Source: an uncultured candidate division Zixibacteria bacterium (GTDB lineage Bacteria > Zixibacteria > MSB-5A5 > GN15 > FEB-12). Taken from it: DNA of 64,000 bases. The notes beneath the pieces were generated by a model. The model was not told the origin of the DNA. It was given only the letters and a program-made list of their open reading frames with translations, and did no database searches. The stretch covers positions 928,001 through 992,000 of the forward strand of contig OY760907.1 in the NCBI GenBank assembly GCA_963664195.1, read 5' to 3'. Position 1 is the first letter of the stretch; each line of letters starts with the position of its first letter. The translations under genes were made by a program, and so were the position numbers. Of this stretch, positions 8,813-19,308 are shown piece after piece.

Positions 8813-9217
8813 ATGGCAGAGATCACTTGGCTATAGACTCTCGAGACCGGGATCGAATCAATCGACGTGCAGCACAAGCAGTTGATTGGTATCGTCAATG
8901 AGTTCGATCAGTCCTTCCGGCGGGGTGCAAAACGGGAGGCAATGGTCCAAGCACTCGACTCTCTGGAAGAGCACATCGATTATCATTTCACGGATGAAGA
9001 GCGGTTCATGCGGGAGATCGGCTATGATCGTCTCGACCTGCAGCTACGCGCTCACGAAGGTTTGAAACGTCAGGTCACCCGTCTCAGGGAAGAGTACGAA
9101 AAGGGTGAAACCACGGGAATCTCGGAAATGGCCGCCCTGCTGAGCCAGTGGCTTCTGCGGCACATCATGATTGACGACAAGGCCATAGGCAAATTCGCCG
9201 ACGCCCTGCATCAATAA
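8813..9217 (+). pseudogene. Bacteriohemerythrin with in-frame TAG at codon 8 (8834-8836); a GTG restart at 8867 is possible
   Basis: MAEITWL*TLETGIESIDVQHKQLI...HFTDEERFM...AHEGLK...WLLRHIMIDD. Confidence 0.7.
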
Positions 9218-9402
9218 CCGGGACCAGCCACACCCGTCATCTTCGGTTCGCGGTGTGAATCGGGAGGGAACCTTGCCGCGCATCCACCGTTGTATTCGCC
9301 GTGGCGCTTTGCCTTTAAACCTAGTATAATACCTCCTTCAGATGGTCGAGGAGTTTAAGAGTCCGGCTGTAGTCATATCCATGTTTGTTGGTAAAAAGTT
9401 CT

Positions 9403-12400
9403 ATGAATGAGTCCGCCCTGCTCACATCACAACGGTCGTATCTGCCGTTCGGTTTTCCGCTGTCCCGCAGATCGTGGGACTTATTTGAAGTCAAGCCGCT
9501 GATAGAGTCTCTGGCGCCCACCTGGTCGTCCTCGGAAGGCCACGCTGTCCGCAAACTGGCCGACAGGTTCAACCGTCGACGTTTCAAGGAGTTCCGTCCC
9601 GGCGAGCTAATCCAGGCAGGCGAACTGATGACGGTCGGTGTGATTGTCGATGTCCTGCGCTACATCCTGGTTGTCTACAACCATCGCGACAACGCAGGCG
9701 TAATGAGCCGCGGAGTCGCCGAGGTCGCCTCGCATCTTGGCACGTCAGTGGTGGATCGTCCTCCGACGGCATTTGTCAATCTCTTCCCGCCGCTGCCGGT
9801 GATGCTTGAGAAAGTGCCGGAGAAAGATTTTCTGAAAGCTGCTTCGAAGGATATCTCGAATTTCGACAAAGTGACAGCAGAGTTGATTCTCCTGTCCTTG
9901 TCTATGGAGAACCCGGCTTTTAAGCCGTTCCGCGACCTGTTCCACGATAGAGACCTGTGCGATGCCGCACCCTATCGCTCGATGATCGGCGGCCTGGAGC
10001 GCTTTTACAAAAACCAGCCGGATTTCGACCCGCTGAATCTTCCCCTTTTCGAGGCAATGCGCCTGCCGATGCGGGAATGCCCGGATTCAGTCGAGGATCA
10101 GTTGCGGTTCATCCTCAAACACTGGGCCTCCTTCCTGCCCCTGGAGCTGGTGCGGCGACTGACGTTGGCATCGGACATACTCAAGGAGGAAACGCAACTC
10201 CGCGGACTAGGCGGTGGACCGAATCTGGTCATGGAATTCACACGCGAAGTCGACGACGCCGGCTATCCCGAACCGGCCCGGTTTTCCCGTGACGCAGACT
10301 GGATGTCCAACGTCGTGATCATCGCCAAGACGGCATACGTTTGGCTCGACCAGCTTTCAAAGAAATACAAACGGGACATTCGCATTTTGAGCGATGTGCC
10401 GGACGAAGAACTGGATCGCCTCGCTCGCTGGGGGTTCACCGGACTGTGGTTGATCGGCCTGTGGGAACGATCAGCAGCCTCAGAGAAGATCAAGAAGATG
10501 ATGGGCAATCCCGAGGCGGCAGCCTCGGCGTATTCGCTCTACGATTACGATATCGCAGCGGAACTCGGCGGTGAAGAAGCCTACCAGAACCTTCGCGCCC
10601 GCGCCTGGGATCGGGGAATACGTTTGGCCTCGGACATGGTGCCGAACCACATGGGCATTTACTCGCGCTGGGTCATCGAACACCCGAACTGGTTTGTTCA
10701 GGACGATCATCCTCCCTTCCCGAACTATGCGTTCACCGGCGAAGACCTGTCCTGGGATGATCGAGTGGTGCTTCAGATCGAGGACGGGTACTGGGAGCAT
10801 CGCGACGCAGCGGTTGTGTTCAAACGGATCGACAAGCATACCGGCGATGTAAAGTACATTTATCACGGCAACGACGGTACCAGCATGCCGTGGAACGACA
10901 CCGCTCAATTGAATTTCATGATGTCGGAAGTGCGCGAGGCGGTGATCCAGACGATCCTGCACGTCGCCCGCAAGTTCCCGATCATCCGGTTCGATGCCGC
11001 CATGACGCTCGCCAAGAAGCATTACCAACGACTCTGGTTCCCGAAACCCGGCGATGCCGGCGCTATTCCCTCACGGGCTGAGCACTCGATGACCAGGGCG
11101 CAGTTCGACGAGGCCTTCCCGGCTGAGTTCTGGCGCAACGTGGTCGACCGGGTGGCAGCCGAAGTGCCCGACACACTGCTTCTGGCGGAAGCCTTCTGGC
11201 TGATGGAGGGATATTTCGTTCGCACCCTCGGCATGCACCGCGTGTACAATAGCGCCTTCATGAACATGCTGAAGATGGAAGACAACTGCAAGTATCGCTT
11301 GACGATCAAGAACGTCCTCCGGTTCAGCCCGGAAGTCCTCAAGCGGTTCGTCAATTTCATGAACAACCCGGACGAGGACACCGCTATTGCGCAGTTTGGC
11401 GACGGTGACAAGTATTTTGGTGTGGCAATGCTCATGGTCACCATGCCGGGGCTGCCGATGTTCGGTCACGGGCAGATCGAGGGGCTGACTGAGAAATACG
11501 GCATGGAGTATCGCAAGGCGTATTGGGACGAACAGACTAACGAAGGTCTTGTCACTCGCCACGAGCGGGAGATTTTCCCCCTGATGCGCCGCCGTGAGCT
11601 GTTCTCCGGAGCAGAAAACTTTGCCTTTTTCGACTTCATGACCCCCGATGGCTGGGTGGATGAAAACGTGTACGCCTACACCAACCGATGCGGCGATCAA
11701 CGAGCGGTGATACTTTTCAACAACGCCTATGAAACAACACGCGGGCAGATTCACACTTCGACACCCATTAATGTTGCCTCGGATGAAGACGAGTTCATCG
11801 TGACAAGAACGTTGGCCGAAGCTCTGGGACTGAACACTTCTTGCGGACATTTTTACAAATTCAGCGATCATCATGCTGGCCTTGAGTTTATCAGAGGCGG
11901 TCAACAGATAGCGGACGATGGCCTCTTCGCCGAACTCGGAGGCTACCAGTATCACGCCTTCATGGATTTCCGTGAGATATTCGACTTCGACGGTTCCTGG
12001 GGTGAGCTATGCTGGCGACTCAACGGAAGGGGCGTCCCGAACCTTGACGAGGCTTATCGAGAGATGCGATTTGAGCCGGTTCTGACGCCGTTCCGCGAAA
12101 CCGTAAACGCGGAGGTGCTACGCAATCTGGCGTCGAATAACGGCAAAGCACACAAGCAGTTCGAGAAATCCATAGCTTCCCTGCTCGGGAAAATCGACGA
12201 GTTCGCCGGCAACGGTCAGGACACAGAAGAGGTCATGAAGGAGATTCACGACGAATTGAGCGCCCTGAAAGAAACCGAATTTGAGGTCAAGAAAGACAGC
12301 AACGAACGATCTCTGCATCATGTGCTGGCTGGATGGATTGCCTCACGGCACATTGGTCGAGTAGGCATCACAGAAAACGACGCAAAACATGTCGATGAAT

Positions 12401-12855
12401 CGGGTGGGCCAAGTCCGAGACTTCTCGCCAGACACCGCCTCGAAGACTGGCTGTTGCGCAAGAGCATGGCCCAGGCCTACTCTGAGTTCAGCGGCGATAA
12501 TGCGGCGGGTTGGTTTGATGCCCTGCTGGTATCGGTCGGCGTGGCGCACGACAATTTCTTTGACCCGTCGTCGAAACTGACCCTTGCAGAGAGTTTGACA
12601 AGCATTCTTGAGGATCCGCTCGGCTCGCAGTATCTCCAGATCAACCGCCACAGGGAGATTGACTATCTCAACAAAGAGCAACTTGAGAGAATGCTTGAGG
12701 CACTGGCGTTGATAATGGAAGTCCGTTTGCATTCGCGCGGCATCCCGGGACATGATACAATGGCGCTGGCGCGTCGACGGATTAAGCTGATCACCGCGGC
12801 GGCTGAGAAATCGGGGTACCAGGTTGATAAGATGATTACGCTGTTGAAGAAGTAG
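9403..12855 (+). CDS. Large alpha-amylase family (GH13) protein
   Basis: DMVPNHMG, IRFDAAM (nucleophile), LLAEAFW (acid/base), FMNNPDE and TMPGLPMFGHGQ. Confidence 0.85.
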   Translation: MNESALLTSQRSYLPFGFPLSRRSWDLFEVKPLIESLAPTWSSSEGHAVRKLADRFNRRRFKEFRPGELIQAGELMTVGVIVDVLRYILVVYNHRDNAGVMSRGVAEVASHLGTSVVDRPPTAFVNLFPPLPVMLEKVPEKDFLKAASKDISNFDKVTAELILLSLSMENPAFKPFRDLFHDRDLCDAAPYRSMIGGLERFYKNQPDFDPLNLPLFEAMRLPMRECPDSVEDQLRFILKHWASFLPLELVRRLTLASDILKEETQLRGLGGGPNLVMEFTREVDDAGYPEPARFSRDADWMSNVVIIAKTAYVWLDQLSKKYKRDIRILSDVPDEELDRLARWGFTGLWLIGLWERSAASEKIKKMMGNPEAAASAYSLYDYDIAAELGGEEAYQNLRARAWDRGIRLASDMVPNHMGIYSRWVIEHPNWFVQDDHPPFPNYAFTGEDLSWDDRVVLQIEDGYWEHRDAAVVFKRIDKHTGDVKYIYHGNDGTSMPWNDTAQLNFMMSEVREAVIQTILHVARKFPIIRFDAAMTLAKKHYQRLWFPKPGDAGAIPSRAEHSMTRAQFDEAFPAEFWRNVVDRVAAEVPDTLLLAEAFWLMEGYFVRTLGMHRVYNSAFMNMLKMEDNCKYRLTIKNVLRFSPEVLKRFVNFMNNPDEDTAIAQFGDGDKYFGVAMLMVTMPGLPMFGHGQIEGLTEKYGMEYRKAYWDEQTNEGLVTRHEREIFPLMRRRELFSGAENFAFFDFMTPDGWVDENVYAYTNRCGDQRAVILFNNAYETTRGQIHTSTPINVASDEDEFIVTRTLAEALGLNTSCGHFYKFSDHHAGLEFIRGGQQIADDGLFAELGGYQYHAFMDFREIFDFDGSWGELCWRLNGRGVPNLDEAYREMRFEPVLTPFRETVNAEVLRNLASNNGKAHKQFEKSIASLLGKIDEFAGNGQDTEEVMKEIHDELSALKETEFEVKKDSNERSLHHVLAGWIASRHIGRVGITENDAKHVDESGGPSPRLLARHRLEDWLLRKSMAQAYSEFSGDNAAGWFDALLVSVGVAHDNFFDPSSKLTLAESLTSILEDPLGSQYLQINRHREIDYLNKEQLERMLEALALIMEVRLHSRGIPGHDTMALARRRIKLITAAAEKSGYQVDKMITLLKK

Positions 12856-13072
12856 CACCGGCGGTGTCTACCACGGTACAAAGTCATTTCGTTTTCGTGG
12901 GCGATGGCAGACCACAGTCTGCCACCGCCTAACGTCACATCGTTATCCGGAAATTCATCGAGTACACTATCGTGTGCCGCACACATGACTCGCGCCGAAA
13001 GGCGTGAGAGAAGTCCCCTCTTGAGAGGGGATTCAGGGGGGTGTTTCTTTCGCTGGGGAATGTCTGAGAGTT

Positions 13073-13099
13073 GTCGAAACTGCAGGAATTTCGACCTAC
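13073..13099 (-). repeat. GTAG-type REP-like palindrome, copy A
   Basis: GTCGAAACTGCAGGAATTTCGACCTAC, 24/27 identical to 56768-56794. Confidence 0.65.
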
Positions 13100-13107
13100 C
13101 AATCCGA

Positions 13108-14253
13108 TTACGATTCCAATTCCGCCCAGAGACGATTTATCGAGGATTCCAGCAATCCCGCCTGCCAGCGCATGAGCGGACCGGCTTCCATGATTTCATC
13201 TATAGTTCGTGGCTTGCTTTTCACAATCGCCTCAAGCGTCGCTCTCGGGGCAAGCACACCCTGATCAATCTGCAGTTCGTTGGCAATACGCGCGCACTCG
13301 TCTCGAAGTTGATCAAACCCCGGTCCGGGGGGACCGTTGTAACGGCCACGAATATGCTGCGGCCAGTCTTCTGGTGGCAACTGTTTGGCCTGATCAATCG
13401 CGCTTTCAAGCTCGCGGAGCCGTCGCCCGTTGCAGTGGGGAGGCAGATCCGGACCGGCATGGCGGAGACGATGGCCGTTGGCCTCGCACCAGACAGCGAG
13501 TTCGAGTATGAGGCTGTTGAGCATAATCTTGAAGGCCGGTATGTCAGCCCGGCTGGCTTCAGACTCACGCCATTTCCATATCTCCCGTACGAAGGCCATC
13601 TGCCGTGGCTTGAGATAGCGCACTCCCTTGACTCGCCAGGCCCGGTCTTCGTCCCGGTGGTTCGCAACCGCCGTAACGGCAACCTGCCGCGCACAAGACT
13701 CCCGGTGCCATTCGGTTCGCCCAAGTTTCTCCAACTTTGCCGCCAGCGTGTCGGCCAGCGACGGAAGATACCGGGTATCATCGCAGGCATAGCTGAGTTG
13801 CGATGGAGTGAGCGGACGCCGCGACCAATCAGACTTTTGCCCTTGTTTGGTCAGGGCGACATCAAGAAACTGGCCTGCCATTGCCACGAGGCCAATCTGT
13901 TCACAGCCAAGTAGTTGAGCGGCAAGCAGAGTATCGAATACCTCTCGGTGGGCTTCAAATCCAAAAGACTGACGCAACATTCGAAGATCATACTCGGCTG
14001 AATGGAAAATCAACGGTTTTTCGGAGAGAATCCCAAGGAAGGTGCTGAGATCAAGATCAACCAGCGGATCGACAATATAGTGATCACCCGACACCGTTAG
14101 CTGGATCAGACAAACCTTCTCATGGTAATGATGAAGGCTGTCGGCCTCCGTGTCGAGAGCGATTCGGTCTGCTGTTACGAGGCAATCACAGAGTGTCGCC
14201 AGAGCTGAGGCGGAATCGACATATTCATAAAGAACGTCAGGTTGTGTAGCCAA
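13108..14253 (-). CDS. rnd: Ribonuclease D (DEDDy exonuclease with HRDC domains)
   Basis: IALDTEADSLHHY...CLIQL, FHSAEYDL, FDTLLAAQLLG and SDWSRRPL...YACDDT. TTG start. Confidence 0.9.
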   Translation of the reverse strand: MATQPDVLYEYVDSASALATLCDCLVTADRIALDTEADSLHHYHEKVCLIQLTVSGDHYIVDPLVDLDLSTFLGILSEKPLIFHSAEYDLRMLRQSFGFEAHREVFDTLLAAQLLGCEQIGLVAMAGQFLDVALTKQGQKSDWSRRPLTPSQLSYACDDTRYLPSLADTLAAKLEKLGRTEWHRESCARQVAVTAVANHRDEDRAWRVKGVRYLKPRQMAFVREIWKWRESEASRADIPAFKIMLNSLILELAVWCEANGHRLRHAGPDLPPHCNGRRLRELESAIDQAKQLPPEDWPQHIRGRYNGPPGPGFDQLRDECARIANELQIDQGVLAPRATLEAIVKSKPRTIDEIMEAGPLMRWQAGLLESSINRLWAELES

Positions 14254-14509
14254 ATGGAGGCTCTTCCTCTGATGCTTCGGACCAAAAGCGAGTTACTGTT
14301 GTCTTCTATTCTTCTGCAGTGCCTGTCCCTGGGTTCAGCATAGTACAGTATGAGACGGCAAGATGTCAAGAATTTACAGTAGACTGTCTCAAGTCCCCGG
14401 CGAGATGAAGGCAACCTTGCCGGCAATTGTCTTGTGTTTTCGGGAAAATCCATTACATTCGCGTTCTCTTGATGATTAGCGGCTTGAGACAGCCTGAAGA
14501 AACGAAAAG

Positions 14510-14995
14510 ATGCCAGAGAGACCGTTGAAACAACATACTGCTACAGCATTTCTGATTTCCCGCGAGGAGCCGCGTCGAGTGTTGCTGCTACATCACAAAA
14601 CGCTGAACAAGTGGCAGCCACCCGGAGGGCACCAGAATCCGGACGAAAACCCTTGCCAGACGGTGATTCGCGAGACGATTGAGGAAACTGGTATCGACAT
14701 AGCGCCCTTTCTCCCGAAGCCCGTACAACTTGATGGAAGGGCAACTATGCTGCCGCTCCCGGAGTATTTCCTTGAGGAGCAGATTCCGGCACACAAAGAC
14801 AAACCTGCCCACGTCCATCTGGACATGGTGTACGTAGTCGAAGTGCCGATACAGAAAGCAGTGTTGGAGAGAGACGGCGCGCACGAAATCGGCTGGTTTT
14901 TAGTGGAAGAAGCGATGCAACTTGACATGTTTGTCAACGTGCGGGTTACTCTGGCAGAGATTTTTGATTTGTATGAAGGTAAGGTTCGTGGATAA
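14510..14995 (+). CDS. NUDIX hydrolase
   Basis: Nudix box PPGGHQNPDENPCQTVIRETIEETG. Confidence 0.9.
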   Translation: MPERPLKQHTATAFLISREEPRRVLLLHHKTLNKWQPPGGHQNPDENPCQTVIRETIEETGIDIAPFLPKPVQLDGRATMLPLPEYFLEEQIPAHKDKPAHVHLDMVYVVEVPIQKAVLERDGAHEIGWFLVEEAMQLDMFVNVRVTLAEIFDLYEGKVRG

Positions 14996-16178
14996 GACGA
15001 CAAGTTCAGAAAAATACATCGCCAAGACACTGTACGGTCTTGAAGACCTCCTGGCGACAGAATTGAAGTCACTGGGGGCCAGCGGCGTGCACCCTATGAT
15101 TCGCGCGGTGGAATTCGAGGGCGGCAAACGCCTCATGTACAAGGCCAATCTCTGGTGCCGGTTGACGACGCGAATTCTCAAGCCAATCGCAAGGTTCCAT
15201 GCAGCCAACGGCGATCAATTGTACAAAGAGATGTCGCGAATCAAGTGGTGCAACTACCTTGATGCGGACTCGACTCTGGCAATCGACAGCGTGGTGAGCC
15301 ATTCCGGGTTTAACCACACGCACTATGTGGCACAGCGGGCCAAGGATGCCATTGTCGACCAGATCCGCAATCGGACAGGACGACGTCCTTCGGTTGATGT
15401 AGACAACCCGGATCTCAGACTGAATCTGCACATCCACCAGAACCGGGCGACCTTGTCGTTGGATTCCTCTGGCGACGGCCTGCATCGTCGGGGCTATCGC
15501 ACCGAAGGCGGCAAAGCCCCCGTGAACGAAGTTCTGGCGGCGGGAATCTTGACGCTCACCGGCTGGAATATGTCCGTGCCACTGGTTGATATCATGTGCG
15601 GATCCGGCACCTTCGTGATTGAAGCCGCTATGATGGCACGTCGTATGGCACCAGGGCTGCTCAAGAAGAAATTCGGTTTCCAAAATTGGAGCGATTACGC
15701 GCCGGAGCTTTTTGAGACCGTCCGGAAGGAGGCAGAACAAGCCGCGCTGCCCAACCTGCCGTTCGGATTGTTCGGCTCCGACAAAAACCGGCACCAGGTT
15801 GCCGACGCCCAGAGTAATGCCAGAAGGGCCGGAGTGGCCGACGACGTGACGTTCGCCGATCATCCCTTCGATGAATCTGACCCGCCCCCGCCGCCGGGCG
15901 TGTTGGTAATCAATCCTCCGTACGGCGAGCGCATCCAGGTAGAAGATATCAAAAGCCTGTATAGTAGCATCGGCGACACCCTCAAGAAGAAATTCACCGG
16001 CTACGACGCCTTTGTTTTCACGGGCAACCTTGAAGCCGCCAAGCATGTGGGACTGAGGACGTCGCGTAAGATCAAGCTGGTCAACGGTGCGATTGAATGC
16101 CGGCTGCTCAAGTACGAAATGTACATGGGCACGCGCAAGGCGAAGAAGTTACAGCAGATGAGTGACGAGCAGCAGTAG
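14988..16178 (+). CDS. rlmL: THUMP-domain 23S rRNA methyltransferase (RlmL-like)
   Basis: SLDSSGDGLHRRGYR, APVNEVLAAG, DIMCGSGT and NPPYGER. Start is GTG 14988 or ATG 14973. Confidence 0.85.
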   Translation: MDKTTSSEKYIAKTLYGLEDLLATELKSLGASGVHPMIRAVEFEGGKRLMYKANLWCRLTTRILKPIARFHAANGDQLYKEMSRIKWCNYLDADSTLAIDSVVSHSGFNHTHYVAQRAKDAIVDQIRNRTGRRPSVDVDNPDLRLNLHIHQNRATLSLDSSGDGLHRRGYRTEGGKAPVNEVLAAGILTLTGWNMSVPLVDIMCGSGTFVIEAAMMARRMAPGLLKKKFGFQNWSDYAPELFETVRKEAEQAALPNLPFGLFGSDKNRHQVADAQSNARRAGVADDVTFADHPFDESDPPPPPGVLVINPPYGERIQVEDIKSLYSSIGDTLKKKFTGYDAFVFTGNLEAAKHVGLRTSRKIKLVNGAIECRLLKYEMYMGTRKAKKLQQMSDEQQ

Positions 16179-16266
16179 AGGCATATTTCGACAAGCTCGG
16201 ATTCAACCATCCCGCCGATAGATACTCTTTGACATTTCGCGCGCAAATCACCTTACTGACAGTCAC

Positions 16267-17190
16267 ATGACGACGCCGGTTCCAACACACAAACGGGTTT
16301 TCGCCGACCTCGGGCTGTTTTATTCTGCCGCGATATGGGGCTCGACATTCTTCATCGTTAAGGATGCCCTGAACGATATAGATCCCGTCATACTGGTCGG
16401 CTATCGCTTCCTGATGGCCGGACTCATCCTGTTGGCATACTTGAGAATCTCTGGCCGCCCTATCTTCAAAGGCCTGGGACAGGCTACGGTACTTGCAGTG
16501 ATTCTCTGGCTGCTGTACATTCCGCAGACTATCGGACTCAAATACACTACCGCCTCGAATTCGGGATTCATCACCGGTCTGTTTGTCGCGTTTGTGCCGA
16601 TCTTCATGCTGACTATCTTCAGGCGCAAACCAACCGTGGCGGAAGTTGTCGCGTCGATAGTCTCGCTGGGAGGGCTGTGGATACTCACCGGAGGATTGCA
16701 GGACATAAACGTTGGCGACTCTCTCACGCTGATTGCGGCAATGACCTACGCGCTTCACGTGCTGTACGCCGACAAGTACGTCAGGAGCGGAATCGATCCG
16801 TACACGATATGCACCCAGCAGTTTCTGCTCGTGGGTTTGTTCAGCCTGGTGACCGGTCTCGTGATGGGATTGCCGTTCGCGATCGAATCGGCGGGAGCGG
16901 GGAGGACGGTCATCTTTCTGGCCCTGCTGCCGACCCTGTCCGCCTTTGTAATACAGATGGTGGCACAAAGAATTACTGCTCCTTTGAAGGTGTCGCTGAT
17001 ATTCGCGCTCGAACCGGTATTCGCGGCGATGTTTGCCTGGACGCTGGGCGGCGAGAAGTTTGTGACCCATCGCGCGGCTGGCGGCGCATTGATTTTCCTG
17101 GCGCTGGTGATCTCCGGATCATCGGCACCGGCTCTGAAACTCTGGAAATTCATCACGTTGAACTCCAGACGCGGTGACGACTCTCGCTGA
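16267..17190 (+). CDS. DMT/EamA family transporter
   Basis: About 10 hydrophobic segments; IWGSTF, GLKYTTASNSGFITG and IFALEPVFA. Confidence 0.9.
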   Translation: MTTPVPTHKRVFADLGLFYSAAIWGSTFFIVKDALNDIDPVILVGYRFLMAGLILLAYLRISGRPIFKGLGQATVLAVILWLLYIPQTIGLKYTTASNSGFITGLFVAFVPIFMLTIFRRKPTVAEVVASIVSLGGLWILTGGLQDINVGDSLTLIAAMTYALHVLYADKYVRSGIDPYTICTQQFLLVGLFSLVTGLVMGLPFAIESAGAGRTVIFLALLPTLSAFVIQMVAQRITAPLKVSLIFALEPVFAAMFAWTLGGEKFVTHRAAGGALIFLALVISGSSAPALKLWKFITLNSRRGDDSR

Positions 17191-17282
17191 TTTCGGGATT
17201 GCGCACGCAATCGGTCTTTGATATACTCCCGTCAGTGAAATCTATTACTTCGGCTTGTCCGATCTAGAAGGAGGCAGAGACT

Positions 17283-17783
17283 ATGAAAGTGACAATTACG
17301 ACGAACAAGGGTGATATCAATCTCAGGCTGTTCGCCGACAAGGCTCCCGTAACAGTCGCGAATTTCGTGAACCTCGCCAAGCGTGGGTACTACGACGGTC
17401 TCACGTTTCACCGCGTGATCGACAATTTCATGATCCAGGGCGGCTGTCCTCTCGGTAACGGCACCGGCGGTCCCGGCTACAATTTCGAGGACGAGTGTAC
17501 GCCGGAATTGAGGCATGACGGCCCGGGAAGACTCTCCATGGCCAACGCTGGCCCGAACTCCAACGGCAGCCAGTTCTTCATTACGCATGTCCCGACCGAT
17601 TGGCTCGACGGCAAACATACGGTCTTTGGCGAAGTCTTAGCGACCGAGGATCAGACAGTGGTCAACAAGATCGCTGGCAATGACAGGATCGAAAAAGTGG
17701 TCGTCGTGGATGACCCGACCGAATTGTTCGAGAAAACAAAGGATCGTATCGAGGCTTGGAACAAGATTCTCGACAAGCAGTAA
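17283..17783 (+). CDS. Cyclophilin-type peptidyl-prolyl isomerase
   Basis: [31 protein letters not shown] and LDGKHTVFG. Confidence 0.95.
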   Translation: MKVTITTNKGDINLRLFADKAPVTVANFVNLAKRGYYDGLTFHRVIDNFMIQGGCPLGNGTGGPGYNFEDECTPELRHDGPGRLSMANAGPNSNGSQFFITHVPTDWLDGKHTVFGEVLATEDQTVVNKIAGNDRIEKVVVVDDPTELFEKTKDRIEAWNKILDKQ

Positions 17784-17810
17784 TCGTCTCGACAACAAGC
17801 AGTTAGAATC

Positions 17811-17855
17811 AAAACGCACAGGTGCCCCTTTGCCCGCGCCATCTGTGCGTTTTTT
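17811..17855 (+). terminator. Putative intrinsic terminator
   Basis: AAAACGCACAGGTG...CATCTGTGCGTTTTTT. Confidence 0.6.
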
Positions 17856-17920
17856 AGTCATAGCAGAACCTAAAGTTGGCCTCTCATCTCCCCGAAACAC
17901 TGATATAGAAGGGAAAGCCA

Positions 17921-19252
17921 ATGGATTCTGCATTTGTAAGTAAGCTTCTCAGCGAGAACCGACAACTCTCTACCCTACCCCAGACAATCGTCGAGGTGCT
18001 TCGGGTCGTACGTGACGAGAACTCTTCCGCCACGGAACTGGCGCGGGTAATCAGAATAGACCCGGCATTAACCTCATCCGTACTGCGGATCGTCAACTCC
18101 CCGTTCTATGGCTGTGGCCATCAGATCGGATCGATAACGCAGGCGGTCATGACCATGGGCATGCAGCAGGTGGTTTCGCTGGCACTTTCCCACTCCGTGT
18201 ACAAAATGAACGATGACTGGCGGTCCTCGCCTTACCATGTCCGGTACTGGCGTCATTCACTGGAAGTCGCGATCACGTCGCGGATGATTGCCGAACGAGT
18301 TGCGCCCGAACAGGCCGAGCAGGCATTCGTGGCCGGCCTGTTGCATGATATTGGACTGTTGATCCTTGAGCAGACATTGCCAGATCAGGCGGAAAACATG
18401 CTGGCCAGTGTCGACGATGAAGCCGAGCTTCTCACGCTGGAAATCGGAGCCTGGGGGGCCACTCACGCGGAGATCGGCAGCTACCTGCTGAGATTGTGGC
18501 AATTGCCGGAGTCAATATGCGAAGCGGTCGAACGACACCACGAGTGCACTATCCGGGATGACGGAGACGAGGAGTATTTCCTCAGTCGGATAGTCTGTCT
18601 GGCACACTTAATTTCCAAGTTTCCCGTATTGTCCGACCGTGGGATTGATGCCACCACCTTGCTCGACCGCGAGGTGCTGCGCGCTCATCTGGGTATCCCC
18701 GGCGACGTCCTTCAGGCGATAGATCGTGAGTCCTTCAGCAGAACGCTCGAAGAAGCCGCTTTCCTGGAGATCAACATCGGCTCGGCGGATGACATCGCCT
18801 CGGAAACGGAGCAGATGCTTTCCGAACAACATGAGGCACTGAGAAGCCTTCAGAAACAGATAGTCGAAGAAGAAGATTGCGGGCAACCCGACAGCCTCGC
18901 TTTGAATTCGATGAAGTCGTCTCGGGCCAGTGCTGCGAGTCTTGCGAAGAATATTCACAAGATCGCCGCCTCCATGCAGGTGTGGATTGCTGCCATCAAT
19001 TGTGACATAGCCGACACGTCCACCAACGCCATCCCGGCCGATGCCCTCGCGGCGCTCAAGCAGATCATGGAGGGTAACCTTGAGATAGCCGAGTTGTCCA
19101 AGGAAATCGAAGGATTGACGGTCGACGCATCCAACGACGCTGATGACGACGAAGACGACGGAGATGATTTCGATTTCTCATCCCTCGATGAGCCTGACGG
19201 CAGCGATTCGGTCTACACGCACATAAAAGACAAGGCCGGACGCCGTTGGTGA
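17921..19252 (+). CDS. HDOD domain signalling protein with acidic C-terminal tail
   Basis: LSTLP, DPALTSSVLRIVNSPFYG, YWRHS, AGLLHDIG, THAEIG..L...WQLP. Confidence 0.9.
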   Translation: MDSAFVSKLLSENRQLSTLPQTIVEVLRVVRDENSSATELARVIRIDPALTSSVLRIVNSPFYGCGHQIGSITQAVMTMGMQQVVSLALSHSVYKMNDDWRSSPYHVRYWRHSLEVAITSRMIAERVAPEQAEQAFVAGLLHDIGLLILEQTLPDQAENMLASVDDEAELLTLEIGAWGATHAEIGSYLLRLWQLPESICEAVERHHECTIRDDGDEEYFLSRIVCLAHLISKFPVLSDRGIDATTLLDREVLRAHLGIPGDVLQAIDRESFSRTLEEAAFLEINIGSADDIASETEQMLSEQHEALRSLQKQIVEEEDCGQPDSLALNSMKSSRASAASLAKNIHKIAASMQVWIAAINCDIADTSTNAIPADALAALKQIMEGNLEIAELSKEIEGLTVDASNDADDDEDDGDDFDFSSLDEPDGSDSVYTHIKDKAGRRW

Positions 19253-19255
19253 CAA

Positions 19256-19289
19256 AGAAAAAGGGACGACGTTTCCGCCGTCCCTGTAT
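19256..19289. terminator. Putative bidirectional terminator between convergent genes
   Basis: AAAAAGGGACGACG-TTTC-CGCCGTCCCT. Confidence 0.55.
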
Positions 19290-19308
19290 TTCTGAGTCCG
19301 ATGCAGAA

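Noticed and set aside
12904..13914. 336-aa plus-strand ORF
   Set aside because: Antisense shadow of rnd with no motifs.
17768..17806. Short duplication TCTCGACAAGCAGT / TCTCGACAACAAGCAGT at the cyclophilin 3' end
   Set aside because: Too short, with no associated cargo, to call an attachment site.
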